Of a stretch of DNA of 64,000 nt, positions 54,163-64,000 are shown one piece after another; positions within the stretch are counted from its first letter, which is position 1, and every line of letters starts with the position of its first letter. Under the pieces are notes generated by a model, which was not told where the DNA came from, made no database searches, and was given only the letters and a program-made list of their open reading frames with translations. Origin of the DNA: Candidatus Eiseniibacteriota bacterium. Its GTDB lineage: Bacteria; Eisenbacteria; RBG-16-71-46. A program made the position numbers and the translations under genes. Location of the stretch: assembly GCA_963725865.1 (NCBI GenBank), contig CAVSAC010000014.1, positions 1,280,001-1,344,000 of the forward strand, written 5' to 3'.

Positions 54163-57059
54163 GCGAACCAGCCGGCGCGCTCCAGCGTCGCGCGCTCGCG
54201 CTGGTCGCGGCACTCGCGCTCGCGGGGGCGCTGGTGGCCCCGCCCGCCCGCGCGGTGACGCTGCCAGCTCCCGCGCGCCGCGACGCGCCGCCCGCGCTCG
54301 CCGCCCCCGCGGGCTTCGGAGCCGCGGTGCCGCGCGGAGCGTTGTTCCGCCGTCTGGTCGAGGACTCGGCACTCGCCTCGCGCCTGATGGACCGCGGCCA
54401 GCTCGATTCGGCGCGCGCGTGCTTCGCGCCCTACGTGATCGCGGCGCGCGCGCGCGGCGACGAGGGCCTGCTGGCGCGCGGCCTGGTGCTCGACGCCGGG
54501 CTGCTCATCCGCCAGGGGCGCCCCGACGAGGCGCTGCCGATGACGCTCGAGGCAGAACGCCACGCGAGCGCCGCGCGCGACACCGGCACGCGGATGCTCG
54601 CGATGCGCGCCGAGGCGATGGTGCGCAATCTCAAGGGCGACTACGCCGCCGCCGAGCGCCTCGCGCGCGGCTGGATGGCGCTGGCCGAGCGCGTGGACAG
54701 CGAGGAATACCGCGCCTGGGGTCACACCATGCTGGGGTGGCTCCGCATGCAGCGCGACGGGGATTTCGCGGGCGGAGAGCGCGAGCTGCGGGAGGGGGTG
54801 CGGCGCTTCGAGCGCATCGACGTGCCGGTCGGTCTCGCATACACGCTCAGCGAGCTGGCCAGGACGGTGCGCGCGCGCGGCGACTACGCGGGCGCCAAGG
54901 CGCTGTTCCAGCGCGCGCTCGAGGTGGGCGAGCGCCATCAGCTGCCGCGCGTCGTCGCGCTCGTCTCCGACAATCTCGCCGCGCTCGAAGTCATCACCGG
55001 CGACCCCGGCCGCGCGGTGCCGCTCTACCTGCGCGCGCTCGAGTTCGAGACCACGTCCGGCAGCGCGAACAGCAGCGTGGTCACGATGGACAACCTGATC
55101 GAGCTGTACCTGAGACTCGGCCGCATCGACGAGGCGGGAGCACTCGCCGAGCGCGCGGTGGCGCTGGCGCGGGAGCGCGGTCTCACGACCGAGGTGCCGT
55201 GGCAGCGCGGTTATCGCGCCAACGTGCTCGAGAAGGCGGGACGCCTGGACGCCGCGCGTGCCGAGTACGCCGCCGTCGCGCTCGATCCCGGCGAGATCGA
55301 CGCCGAGGCGCGCGCCCTCGCGGTGATGGGACTGGCGCGGGTGCAGGAGGCGCGCGATTCGCTCGCGGCCGCGGTCGTGACGCTGCAGCGCGGCGCGGCG
55401 GCACTGGGGGCCCGGGTCGACGCCGACACCCACACCGAGCTCGAGCTTTCGCGGGGCCGGCTGCTGGCGGCGGCCGGGCGCCCCGCCGAGGCGCTGCGGG
55501 TGGCCGAGCCGCTCGCGGCCACGCTCGAGCGCGCGGGCGACCGTGGCCGGGCATTCGTGGCGTGGACCCAGATCGCCAGCGCCCGGCGCGCGCTCGGCGA
55601 CGTCGCGGGCACCGAGGCCGCGATCGCGCACGCGACCGCGCTGTGGGAAGGCGATCGCCGCCGCGTCTCGGATCTCGAGATGCGCGAGCTGCGCGGCGAG
55701 CAGGCGCACGCGCTGATGACCACGGCCATCCTGAGCGCGCTCGCCAGCGCGCCGCCCGCCGAGCGCGCGGCGCTGGCGTTCGAGCGCCTGCAGCGCTTCA
55801 AGACCCGCACGCTGCTCGAGCGGATGGCGGGCCCCGCGGCGTTCGACAGCGCCGGCCCCGCGTGGCTGCAGGCGCCGCTGACGCCGCTGGCGAGCTTCCA
55901 GCGCGACGTGCTCCGCCCCGGCGAGCTGCTGCTCGAGTACGTGGCCAGCGACGACACGCTGCTGGTGTTCGCGGTCACTCCCGAGGCGTGCCGCATCGCG
56001 GGCGCGCCCGGCCTGCGCCGCATCGGACCCGCGCTGGCGCTCGCGCACGACGTGCTGGCCGCGGGCCCCGGCCGGCCGGCGGACGCGGCGGCGGCGCGCG
56101 GCGCGCTGGAGCGGCTCGGCGTCCTGCTGCTCGAACCGGTGCGCGACGAGCTGGCACACGCGCGTCACGTGATGGTGGCGGCCGACGGGCCGCTCCAGCG
56201 GCTGCCATTCGCCGCGCTGACGCCGCCCGGCGGCGACGGGCCGCTCGGCGGCGCGCGCGGGGTCGCGATGGTGCCGTCCGCGACGCTGCTGCGGACCATG
56301 CGCGAGCGCTCCTCGGACGGCGGCGAACGCGTGCTCGCGGTGCTGGGCGCCCCGCACCGCGACCACGCGCGGCTGCGCGGCGCGGAGCGCGAGGTGGAGG
56401 CGCTCGCGGCGGGCTTCCGTGACGTGGTGGTGTGGCGCGGGGACGCCGCGCGCGCCGCCCCGCTGACCGCCGCGTCGCTCGCGGGCTACCGCGTGGTGCA
56501 CTTCGCCGGACACGCCGAGGCCGACGACCAGCTGCCGTGGCGCTCGGGGCTCCACCTGGGGACCGCGGGCGGCGGCGCGGACTCGATGCTCGCGGCGATC
56601 GACATCGCGACCAGCCGGCTGGGCAGCCCGCTGGTGGTGCTCTCGGGCTGCGAATCCGCGGGCGGGCGCGCGCGCTCCGGCGAAGGCGTCGCCGGCCTCA
56701 CGAGCGCGTTCCTCGCGGCCGGCGCGAAGACCGTGGTGGCGACGCTGTGGCCGGTCGACGACGCGACCACCGCGCGGCTGATGGCGCGCTTCTACGACGA
56801 GCTGGCGCGCGGGCGCACCACCGGCGAGGCGCTGGCCGCCGCGCAGCGCTGGACGCGCGAGCAGCCGGCGACCGCGCATCCGTTCCACTGGGCGGGCTTC
56901 GTGCTGATCGGCGACGCCGACCGCACGGTGGCACTGCGGCGCCGCGACGACCTGGCGCGCGCGCTGCTGCCGGCGCTGATCGGCGCGCTGGCGGCGGCGC
57001 TGGCGGCGCTGGCGTGGCGGTGGCGGCCGCGCCCCGCGCCGGCGCGGGAGCCCGCATGA
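54159..57059 (+). CDS. TPR + CHAT (caspase-like) domain protein with signal peptide and C-terminal TM
   Basis: TPR-like helices; DGPL..LPFAAL, VVHFAGH, VVLSGCES, TLWPVDD, HPFHWAGF; hydrophobic N- and C-termini. Confidence 0.87.
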   Translation: MSEPAGALQRRALALVAALALAGALVAPPARAVTLPAPARRDAPPALAAPAGFGAAVPRGALFRRLVEDSALASRLMDRGQLDSARACFAPYVIAARARGDEGLLARGLVLDAGLLIRQGRPDEALPMTLEAERHASAARDTGTRMLAMRAEAMVRNLKGDYAAAERLARGWMALAERVDSEEYRAWGHTMLGWLRMQRDGDFAGGERELREGVRRFERIDVPVGLAYTLSELARTVRARGDYAGAKALFQRALEVGERHQLPRVVALVSDNLAALEVITGDPGRAVPLYLRALEFETTSGSANSSVVTMDNLIELYLRLGRIDEAGALAERAVALARERGLTTEVPWQRGYRANVLEKAGRLDAARAEYAAVALDPGEIDAEARALAVMGLARVQEARDSLAAAVVTLQRGAAALGARVDADTHTELELSRGRLLAAAGRPAEALRVAEPLAATLERAGDRGRAFVAWTQIASARRALGDVAGTEAAIAHATALWEGDRRRVSDLEMRELRGEQAHALMTTAILSALASAPPAERAALAFERLQRFKTRTLLERMAGPAAFDSAGPAWLQAPLTPLASFQRDVLRPGELLLEYVASDDTLLVFAVTPEACRIAGAPGLRRIGPALALAHDVLAAGPGRPADAAAARGALERLGVLLLEPVRDELAHARHVMVAADGPLQRLPFAALTPPGGDGPLGGARGVAMVPSATLLRTMRERSSDGGERVLAVLGAPHRDHARLRGAEREVEALAAGFRDVVVWRGDAARAAPLTAASLAGYRVVHFAGHAEADDQLPWRSGLHLGTAGGGADSMLAAIDIATSRLGSPLVVLSGCESAGGRARSGEGVAGLTSAFLAAGAKTVVATLWPVDDATTARLMARFYDELARGRTTGEALAAAQRWTREQPATAHPFHWAGFVLIGDADRTVALRRRDDLARALLPALIGALAAALAALAWRWRPRPAPAREPA

Positions 57060-57730
57060 GCGAGCGCGACCCGATCGAGCTGGTGCGCGCCGGCTATCAG
57101 CGCGCCTCGCACGCGTACCGCGGCGACGCGTTCGCGCTCGAGAAATCGGGCTACGCCCACTGGCTGCGCCGGTTGGCACCGCGGCTCGCCGCCGGGGCGC
57201 GCGTGCTCGACCTGGGCTGCGGCAACGGCGTGCCAGTCGCGCAGGAGCTGGCGCGCCGCTACGCCGTCACCGGGCTCGACCTCTCGCCGGCGCAGATCGA
57301 GCGCGCGCGGGCGCTGGTGCCGGGCGCGCGCTTCGAGTGCGGCGACATGAGCACGTTCGAGTTCGCGCCCGCCTCGTTCGACGCGGTGGTGGCGTTCTAC
57401 TCGATCATCAACGTGCCGGTGGACCGCCAGGCCGCGCTGATCGCGCGGATCGCCGGTTGGCTGGCGCCGGGCGGCTGGCTGCTCGCGATCGTCGGCCGCC
57501 GCGCGTGGACCGGCACCGAGGCCGACTGGCGCGGCGTCGAGGGAGTGCGGATGTACTACAGTCTCGCGGACGAGACCGCCTACCGCGCGTGGTTCGCCGC
57601 GGCCGGGCTGGAGCTGGTCGAGGAGGGCGTGCAGCCGAAGCACGGCAACCCCGGCTTCGCGGTGATGATCGCGCGGCGCGCCGGCGCGCCCGACGCGGGG
57701 GTGGACGAGGCCGCGGAAGGGAGCGCCTGA
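57056..57730 (+). CDS. Class I SAM-dependent methyltransferase
   Basis: VLDLGCGNG, GLDLS, FDAVVAFYS, LAPGG. Confidence 0.9.
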   Translation: MSERDPIELVRAGYQRASHAYRGDAFALEKSGYAHWLRRLAPRLAAGARVLDLGCGNGVPVAQELARRYAVTGLDLSPAQIERARALVPGARFECGDMSTFEFAPASFDAVVAFYSIINVPVDRQAALIARIAGWLAPGGWLLAIVGRRAWTGTEADWRGVEGVRMYYSLADETAYRAWFAAAGLELVEEGVQPKHGNPGFAVMIARRAGAPDAGVDEAAEGSA

Positions 57731-58821
57731 TGCGCTTCGACTATCAGAAGTGGAAGGGCCCGCGCCCCGACGACGTCGAGTTCATGAAGCAGCTGATGGA
57801 GATCTATCGCAATCTGCTGCTCCAGACCGGCGGCGACGTCGACGAGGCGCTCGAGTGGATGGAGCAGTTCGGCGAGCAGTACGGCTTCTTCACCGACGCG
57901 TTCGGGATCGACGAGTTCCGCAAGCTGCTCGAAGAGAGCGGCGAGGCGCAGCGCACTCCGCGCGGCTTCCAGATGACGCCCAAGGGCGAGCGCCGCATCC
58001 GCCAGGACTCGCTCAACGAGATCTTCCACTCGCTGCAGGCGGGCGGCGCGGGCGACCACCGCACGCCGGTCGCCGGCACCGGCGGCGAACGCCTGAGCGA
58101 GACGCGCGCCTACCAGTTCGGTGACGACCTCGGCAACCTCGACCCGCTCGCCACCGTGAGCAACGCGGTGAAGCGCCACGGCATCGACGCGCTGTCGATC
58201 GAGGAGGAGGACCTCGAGGTCCACGAGACCGAGCACCTGTCGGCGTGCGCGACCGTGCTGATGGTGGACATCAGCCACTCGATGATCCTGTACGGCGAGG
58301 ACCGCATCACGCCGGCCAAGAAGATCGCGCTCGCGCTCACGCAGCTGATCCAGACGCGCTACCCCAAGGACTCGCTCGACGTGGTGCTGTTCGGCGACGA
58401 GGCGGTGCAGGTGCCGCTGAAGGAGCTGATGAAGATCCAGGCCGGGCCGTTCCACACCAACACCCGCGCGGGACTCCAGATGGCGCGCCGCATCCTCGAG
58501 TCGCGCAAGGGCGTCAACAAGCAGATCTTCATGGTCACCGACGGCAAGCCCTCGGCGATCCACGAGTTCGGGCGGCTCTACAAGAACCCGTTCGGGCTCG
58601 ACCCCAAGATCGTCAACCGCACGCTCGAGGAGGCGGCGCACTGCCGCCGCAAGCGCATCACGATCACGACGTTCATGCTGGCGACCGATCCGATGCTGCT
58701 GGACTTCGTGCGGCGGCTGGCGGAGCTGAACCACGGCCGCGTGTACGAGACCGACCTGAACAACGTCGGCTCGTACGTGTTCCGCGACTTCGTGCGGAAC
58801 CGGCGGAAGCGGCTGCACTAG
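57730..58821 (+). CDS. vWA-domain protein (likely partner of the AAA+ ATPase)
   Basis: DISHSM MIDAS, HTNT..GL, VTDGKP; TGATG coupling. Confidence 0.88.
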   Translation: MRFDYQKWKGPRPDDVEFMKQLMEIYRNLLLQTGGDVDEALEWMEQFGEQYGFFTDAFGIDEFRKLLEESGEAQRTPRGFQMTPKGERRIRQDSLNEIFHSLQAGGAGDHRTPVAGTGGERLSETRAYQFGDDLGNLDPLATVSNAVKRHGIDALSIEEEDLEVHETEHLSACATVLMVDISHSMILYGEDRITPAKKIALALTQLIQTRYPKDSLDVVLFGDEAVQVPLKELMKIQAGPFHTNTRAGLQMARRILESRKGVNKQIFMVTDGKPSAIHEFGRLYKNPFGLDPKIVNRTLEEAAHCRRKRITITTFMLATDPMLLDFVRRLAELNHGRVYETDLNNVGSYVFRDFVRNRRKRLH

Positions 58822-58851
58822 AGATCGCGCGGGCCGCGCGGTCGCGGCGGC

Positions 58852-60270
58852 CTAGCGCACCAGCGTCACGCGCGCCACCGCGTGGCGTCCCGCCCCGTCG
58901 GTCGCGCGCACGAAGTACATCCCCGCCGGCAGCCGGCGGCCATCGGCGCCAGTGCCGCGCCAGAGCCAGTCGCCGGTCCGCCCCGCGAATCCGTGGCCCT
59001 CACCGACGCGCCGCCCGCGCGCGTCGATCACCTCGAAGCGCACCTCGCCGACCGCGTCCGCCCATCCGATCGAGGCGCTCCCGAGTGACGGATTCGGGCT
59101 CGCGCGCAGGCGCAGTGCGCCCGAAGGGGGCGCGCTCGTCGCGCCGGTGGGTTCGCCGATCAGCTTGAAGCACAGCGTCTGGTCGGGCTTCTCCACCCAG
59201 TCTCCCGTGGGAGAGGTGCGGACGCTGAACGGCCCGATGTCGGCGAGGAAGTCCGCGCTCTCGCCGCCCGTCTTCCGGCGCGTGTACATGCCGTAGCAAT
59301 GCCGGGTCGCGACCCATAGCCAGTAGTCGTGGTCGGGCTTGAGCGTGATGACCTGGTCGAAGTCGAAGTGCGAGTCCCAGACCGGGTCCCGCCAGGAGCC
59401 GGGCTTCAATGCTGCACCAACGAGCGGGACCGGCAGCGTGAGCGGCGGCGTGGTCCACCACTGGGCGTCCACGATGCCGAGTGTGCCCGGCACGAGTGGA
59501 TTCCGGGGATGCACCGAGGTGAACGCCAGCTCTACCCAGCGCAGTCGCGTTTCGACCGGCACCCGGAACCGCTGGAGTAGCTCGTCGTAGGTGGAATCGA
59601 GGGAGTAGTTCGGCGTCACCACGCTCTGCACCACCGACAGCGCCGGCTGAGTGGAGTCAACGCTGCACAGAACGTGGTTCAGCACCGGGTGCGCGCCGGG
59701 CAGCGGAGTCCGCGCTCCCGTCGCGAAGTCCGTGTAGGAGTAGGCCGCCGGGGCGTCGGCTGGGCCGTCCGGCTGGTATCGGATGATCATCGTGTAGCCG
59801 GCAACCGAGTTCTCGTAGTCGAGCGCCACGGTGGTGCGGGGTGCCTCGGCCAGGTGCTCCACGCATTTCGTCACCAGTGGCGGATACCACCCGATGAGGA
59901 CCGGGGTGTTCACGGGCACGGAGTTCCCGTAGCCGCGCGATCGCAGCGCGATCTTGGTCGGGTCGGGCAGCAGCGTCTGCGGATCCCATTCCACGACTTG
60001 CACCCAGGCACCGCTGATCATGGCCACGACTCCGATGCTGCACGAGAGCACGGTGGACCCCGTGACGATGGGCTGGTCGATTCCCGCTCCACGTACCAGC
60101 GTGAAGGTGCCCCCGCTGTCGCCCTGCTGGATCACCCGGCCGCAGTTGGCGAAGGAGGTCGCCGCGGGTTCCGGTCGCGCGCCGGCGCGCGGCGTGGACG
60201 ACTGGACCGCGAGTGCGAGCAGCGCGCCCATGGTCACGACAGGCGCGAGGCGCAGCCATCGACGACCCAT
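58852..60270 (-). CDS. Secreted hypothetical protein with FlgD-Ig C-terminal domain
   Basis: Signal peptide; PNP...IDARGRRV...WRG..ADGRRLPAGMYFVR...VTLVR; AGGAG RBS. Confidence 0.8.
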   Translation of the reverse strand: MGRRWLRLAPVVTMGALLALAVQSSTPRAGARPEPAATSFANCGRVIQQGDSGGTFTLVRGAGIDQPIVTGSTVLSCSIGVVAMISGAWVQVVEWDPQTLLPDPTKIALRSRGYGNSVPVNTPVLIGWYPPLVTKCVEHLAEAPRTTVALDYENSVAGYTMIIRYQPDGPADAPAAYSYTDFATGARTPLPGAHPVLNHVLCSVDSTQPALSVVQSVVTPNYSLDSTYDELLQRFRVPVETRLRWVELAFTSVHPRNPLVPGTLGIVDAQWWTTPPLTLPVPLVGAALKPGSWRDPVWDSHFDFDQVITLKPDHDYWLWVATRHCYGMYTRRKTGGESADFLADIGPFSVRTSPTGDWVEKPDQTLCFKLIGEPTGATSAPPSGALRLRASPNPSLGSASIGWADAVGEVRFEVIDARGRRVGEGHGFAGRTGDWLWRGTGADGRRLPAGMYFVRATDGAGRHAVARVTLVR

Positions 60271-60452
60271 TCGGCACACTCCTGCGGACGACAACGGAGC
60301 TCTCGGTGTCGGGAACGAGGCTCGATGTTACGTCTTCGCCGCGCTCGGCGACATCGCATCCACGTCACCCGGGCACCCACGCGTCCGCACCCTGCGGCAG
60401 CCGGCCCCGCCGTCCGCGGCCGCACCCGAACCGCCGCCTCGAGCGCCCAGCG

Positions 60453-62642
60453 CTAGGGAAGGACCACGATCCGCCGCGTGCGAGCGTCGCGGCCGGACTG
60501 CAGCCGCGCGAAGTAGACGCCGGGCGCCACCGCGGCCCCGCGCGCGTCGCGCGCGGTCCAGCGCACCTCGTGCGGCCCGGCGGCGAGCGGGCCGTCGACC
60601 AGGGTGGCGACCGCGCGCCCGTCGATCCCGTACACGCGCAGCCTCACCGTCGCGGCCCGCGGCAGGCGGAAGCGCAGCGTCGTGCCGCTCGCGAGCGGGT
60701 TGGGCGCGGCGCCCGCGAACTCCAGCGCCCGCGGCACGCCGCCCGCGCCGGCCGGCACCGCCAGCGCCGGGCGCTGGATCTCGTCCAGGAACCACGCCGC
60801 GTTCTCGGCCGTGATGCTCACGTGCTCCTGGTTGTCGAGCGGCGCGTACACCGCGTCGAACGGGGTGCGCGCGAGCAGGTCGGGATCGGCGGCGAGGTCC
60901 TCGAACAGCGTCGCGCCGGCGACGTCGAGCGCGCTCACGGTCGGGATGAACGCGTGGTGCGGGTACAGCGCGACGATGTCGCCGTACGGGACGGCGGTGG
61001 TGTCCATCTGCAGCATGGTGGCGCGCCACCCGCCGGGCGCGTTGTCGTATGGCTGGGTCCCCGCAACCGTCACCGCCAGCGTCTGCGTGGGCTGGAAGAT
61101 GATCTGGATGCGTCCGTCGAAGATCTTCGCGCTGCCGCCGTCGGGCACCGCCCACACGTTGCCGAGGATGTGGGCGATCAGGATGTTGTAGTCGTACTGG
61201 ATGATCTGCGCGGCGGCCGCGAAGCCCTGACCGACGCCGCGGCCGCTGCCGTTCGCGACCGCGACCCGGCGCAGGTCCTGCGGCCAGCCCACCGCGTCGA
61301 GATCGCCGACCATCGCCGCGCGCAGCGAGTCGGGGCCCGGCGAGGTCGCCGGCGGAGTGGTGTGATGGTAGACCAGCATCTCGCGCGCGGCCGGCGTATC
61401 GAGGCGGCCGAGCAGGAACGCGGCGTCGGCGGACTGTCCCGCGAAGAAGCCGACCCAGTACTGGAGCCCGAGCGGGATGTCGGCGCCCTGGTACGGCGCG
61501 TCGAACGAGATGAGCGTGCGCACGCGATGCGGCTCGCCTTGGGCCTCCATCCACGCCAGCGCGAAGCGGCCCACCAGCCCGCCCATGCTGGGGCCGACCA
61601 CCGCCATGCTGGCCCCGGGCGCGAGCTCGGCGCGCAGCTGGCGCAGCAGCTCGACCAGCACGAATCCGTTGCGCTCGACGTAGTCGGTGGCGTCCGCGAA
61701 GTCGAGCACCACCGCGTCGTAGCCGCGCGCCTGCAGCGTGTCGGCCAGCCCCTGCTGGTCGAGCAGCTCGAACAGCTCGTCCCATCCCATGGAGTTGTCG
61801 AGGTCGAAGCCCTCGGGGATCACCACCGGGTTCACGAGCTGCGTGTGCCCGGCACCGAGGCGGACGTAGGCGGTGCCGCTCGCGACCCCGCCGCGGAACG
61901 GCACGGTGCCGGTGATGGACAGCGTGTCGTCGGGCGTGGGCGTGACGAGTGCGGCGATCTCGAGCGCGAAGCGCGCGATGCGCGCGGCGCCGTCCGCGGC
62001 GGTCCAGCGCACCGTCGCGATCGCCGGCCCGGTGCGCGCGTAGTGCGCGCGCACCGGCTCGCCAAGGCCCACCGCGCGGAAGCCCGCGCCGTCGCCCGGA
62101 TCGAGCGCCAGCCGCGCGGGCGGCGCGCCATCGCTCACGAACAGCTCGGGGTCCAGCTCGAACGCCACGTCGGCGCCGCGCAGGATCCGCTCCGGGAACG
62201 CGGCCGCCGCGAGCACGCGCGCGGGTGTCGCGCCGCCGCGCTCGGCGTCGGCCACCGCGCGATCGAGCAAGGCGACCGGCACGACGCCGGCGGCCCGCGC
62301 CGCGCGGACGCGCGCCGCGAGCGCGTCGAGGTCGGGCCACTGCGCCGGCGCGTCCGAGGCCGCGCGCAGCTCGAAGGCGAGCTGGCGCCAGGTGGCGGTC
62401 CGCGCGACCGGAGCGTCGGCCGAGCCATCGAAGTTCCGCGCGCGGCTCGGATCGGGCAGGCGGGAGAGCGGCACCGGCGCGGCGAATGCCGGGCGCGCGA
62501 GCGGCAGGCACGCCAGCAACGACACCACGAGCAGCAGGGCGGGACGGGAGCGCAAGGCCGGCCTCCGCAGAGCGGGTGGTGACCGGGAGACGAACGGACG
62601 GGAACGAGCGTGGCACGCGACACGCCGGGGCAAGAGTAGCAC
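60453..62642 (-). CDS. Secreted alpha/beta-hydrolase-fold protein with FlgD-Ig domain (start uncertain)
   Basis: EGFD, VVGPSMGGL..R nucleophile elbow, SFDAP..GA..P.G.Q, FIPTVSALD, NQEHV; FlgD tail. Confidence 0.8.
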   Translation of the reverse strand: MLLLPRRVACHARSRPFVSRSPPALRRPALRSRPALLLVVSLLACLPLARPAFAAPVPLSRLPDPSRARNFDGSADAPVARTATWRQLAFELRAASDAPAQWPDLDALAARVRAARAAGVVPVALLDRAVADAERGGATPARVLAAAAFPERILRGADVAFELDPELFVSDGAPPARLALDPGDGAGFRAVGLGEPVRAHYARTGPAIATVRWTAADGAARIARFALEIAALVTPTPDDTLSITGTVPFRGGVASGTAYVRLGAGHTQLVNPVVIPEGFDLDNSMGWDELFELLDQQGLADTLQARGYDAVVLDFADATDYVERNGFVLVELLRQLRAELAPGASMAVVGPSMGGLVGRFALAWMEAQGEPHRVRTLISFDAPYQGADIPLGLQYWVGFFAGQSADAAFLLGRLDTPAAREMLVYHHTTPPATSPGPDSLRAAMVGDLDAVGWPQDLRRVAVANGSGRGVGQGFAAAAQIIQYDYNILIAHILGNVWAVPDGGSAKIFDGRIQIIFQPTQTLAVTVAGTQPYDNAPGGWRATMLQMDTTAVPYGDIVALYPHHAFIPTVSALDVAGATLFEDLAADPDLLARTPFDAVYAPLDNQEHVSITAENAAWFLDEIQRPALAVPAGAGGVPRALEFAGAAPNPLASGTTLRFRLPRAATVRLRVYGIDGRAVATLVDGPLAAGPHEVRWTARDARGAAVAPGVYFARLQSGRDARTRRIVVLP

Positions 62643-62794
62643 CGCAGGTGGCCGCCGCGTCGTGCGACCCGCGTGCTACCCTGCGCACCGCTCCAGCCGA
62701 GCGGGTGTCGACGGGCGAGCCCGCGGGCAACTCCGCCCACCGCGTCCACGTATACCTGCCGGATGTGAACGGATTCCCCCACCGGAGGTCGACC

Positions 62795-63772
62795 ATGACC
62801 GTGACCTACGCCCCGGCGCTGCAGCGCTCGTGGGCGCGCGTGCAGCGTCTGCTGTTCTCCCCGTTCCGGCTCGAGGTGTGGCTGGTGCTCGGGTTCGCCG
62901 CGTTCCTGTCGGAGTGGCTCTCGGGCGGCGCCGGGAGCGGCTTCGGCGGCCGCAGCGGCCACGGGCCCGGCGTCCGCTGGCGGGGCGGCGCGCCGGACGT
63001 CGCGCCGGCGCTCGACCACGTGCGCGACTTCCTGCACAACCCGTTCTGGATGGGCGTGCTGGTGTGGCTGCTGCTGGCGGTCGTCGTCGTCGTGCTGCTC
63101 TACGAGTGGGTCCACGCGCGCGGGAAGTTCATCTTCCTCGACGGCGTCGTGCGCGAGCGGGCGGCGATCGTCGAGCCCTGGAAGCGCCTCGCGCGCCTCG
63201 GGAACTCGCTGTTCATGTTCCGGATCCTCCTGCTGCTGTTCGCGCTGGTCACCATCGGCGGGCTCGGCTTGATCACCATGGGGGCCGGCCTGCGCGAGCT
63301 GTTCATGGAGCGCGCCGACTTCCATCTGGTGCTGCCGGCGCTGATCGGCGGGATGGTGCTGGTGGGCGCGCTGTTCGCGCTCGTGGGCCTCACGTTCATG
63401 CTGCTCGACACGTTCGTGGTGCCCATCATGTACCGCCACGACATCGGCGTGACCGTGGCGTGGGGGCGCTTCCTGCCGCTGCTGGGCCGGCAGTTCCTCC
63501 CGTTCGTGCTGTACGTGCTGCTGGTGTGGGTACTCAACGTCCTGGCGGTGGTGCTGATCCTGATGCTCGGATTCATGACGTGCTGCGTGGGCTTCCTGAT
63601 CGCGAGCGCTCCCTACGTGGGGCAGGTGGTGCTGCTGCCGATCCACGTGTTCTTCCGCGGCCTCGGCCCCGAGTTCCTGACGCAGTTCGGCTCCGACTTC
63701 GACGTGTTCGCGATGGCGCGGCCGGCCCCCGCGGCCCCCGCGGCCCCCGCGGCGCCCGGGCCGACTGCATGA
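62795..63772 (+). CDS. Multi-pass membrane hypothetical protein
   Basis: GGAGG RBS; W.VLGFAAFL, FVVPIMY, TCC, Y.GQVVLLP. Confidence 0.78.
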   Translation: MTVTYAPALQRSWARVQRLLFSPFRLEVWLVLGFAAFLSEWLSGGAGSGFGGRSGHGPGVRWRGGAPDVAPALDHVRDFLHNPFWMGVLVWLLLAVVVVVLLYEWVHARGKFIFLDGVVRERAAIVEPWKRLARLGNSLFMFRILLLLFALVTIGGLGLITMGAGLRELFMERADFHLVLPALIGGMVLVGALFALVGLTFMLLDTFVVPIMYRHDIGVTVAWGRFLPLLGRQFLPFVLYVLLVWVLNVLAVVLILMLGFMTCCVGFLIASAPYVGQVVLLPIHVFFRGLGPEFLTQFGSDFDVFAMARPAPAAPAAPAAPGPTA

Positions 63773-64000
63773 ACGCGGTGCCGATCGCCGGCGGCGTGGC
63801 GGCGCGCGCGTCCCGCGCGCCGCGCGCCGCATGGGCCGGCTGGCTGCTCGTCGCGCTCGCCGGCGTGCTCGCGGTGCTGGCGCTGCGCTCGGCGGCAGCA
63901 GCCGCGGCGGCGGCCGCGCCTTCCGTTTGCGCGCTGCGCGACCTGGCCGGGCTCGCGTGTCCGACCTGCGGCTTCACCCGCGCGAGCGTGGCCCTCGCCC
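63769..64000 (+). CDS. DUF2752-family membrane protein (partial)
   Basis: ATGA overlap; C..R..AG..CPTCGFTRA motif. Confidence 0.8.
   Translation, partial: MNAVPIAGGVAARASRAPRAAWAGWLLVALAGVLAVLALRSAAAAAAAAAPSVCALRDLAGLACPTCGFTRASVALA

Noticed and set aside
63722..63760. GCGGCCCCC tandem repeat
   Set aside because: In-frame Ala-Ala-Pro low-complexity tail of a membrane protein.

Overview
High-GC bacterial chromosome segment. The many secreted proteins ending in FlgD/T9SS-like tails or a WGxxKxxYR motif suggest Candidatus Eisenbacteria or a related FCB lineage (inference). The backbone holds housekeeping genes: Zn-ADH, DUF2339, DHS-like, PAS hybrid kinase, ABC transporters, Met gamma-lyase, glcD/glcE-like, M48, oligopeptidase B and an AAA+/vWA operon with a CHAT protease. 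Two accessory systems stand out. (1) A ~5 kb two-gene cassette (GH32/43-like hydrolase + large beta-propeller) occurs three times. Two copies are stacked in tandem at the DUF2339/ADH junction, each bounded by a ~163 bp duplicate of that junction. All copies carry an outward promoter, a variable poly-C tract and a highly conserved leader, their coding regions are mosaic, and no recombinase is encoded. (2) An internally deleted IS110/IS1111-type element has a 48 bp right end that sits exactly on the stop codon of two consecutive, unrelated WGxxKxxYR genes, an integron-like layout beside a DUF222/HNH gene. Several single-base indels may be assembly errors. No CRISPR, tRNA, rRNA or reverse transcriptase was seen.
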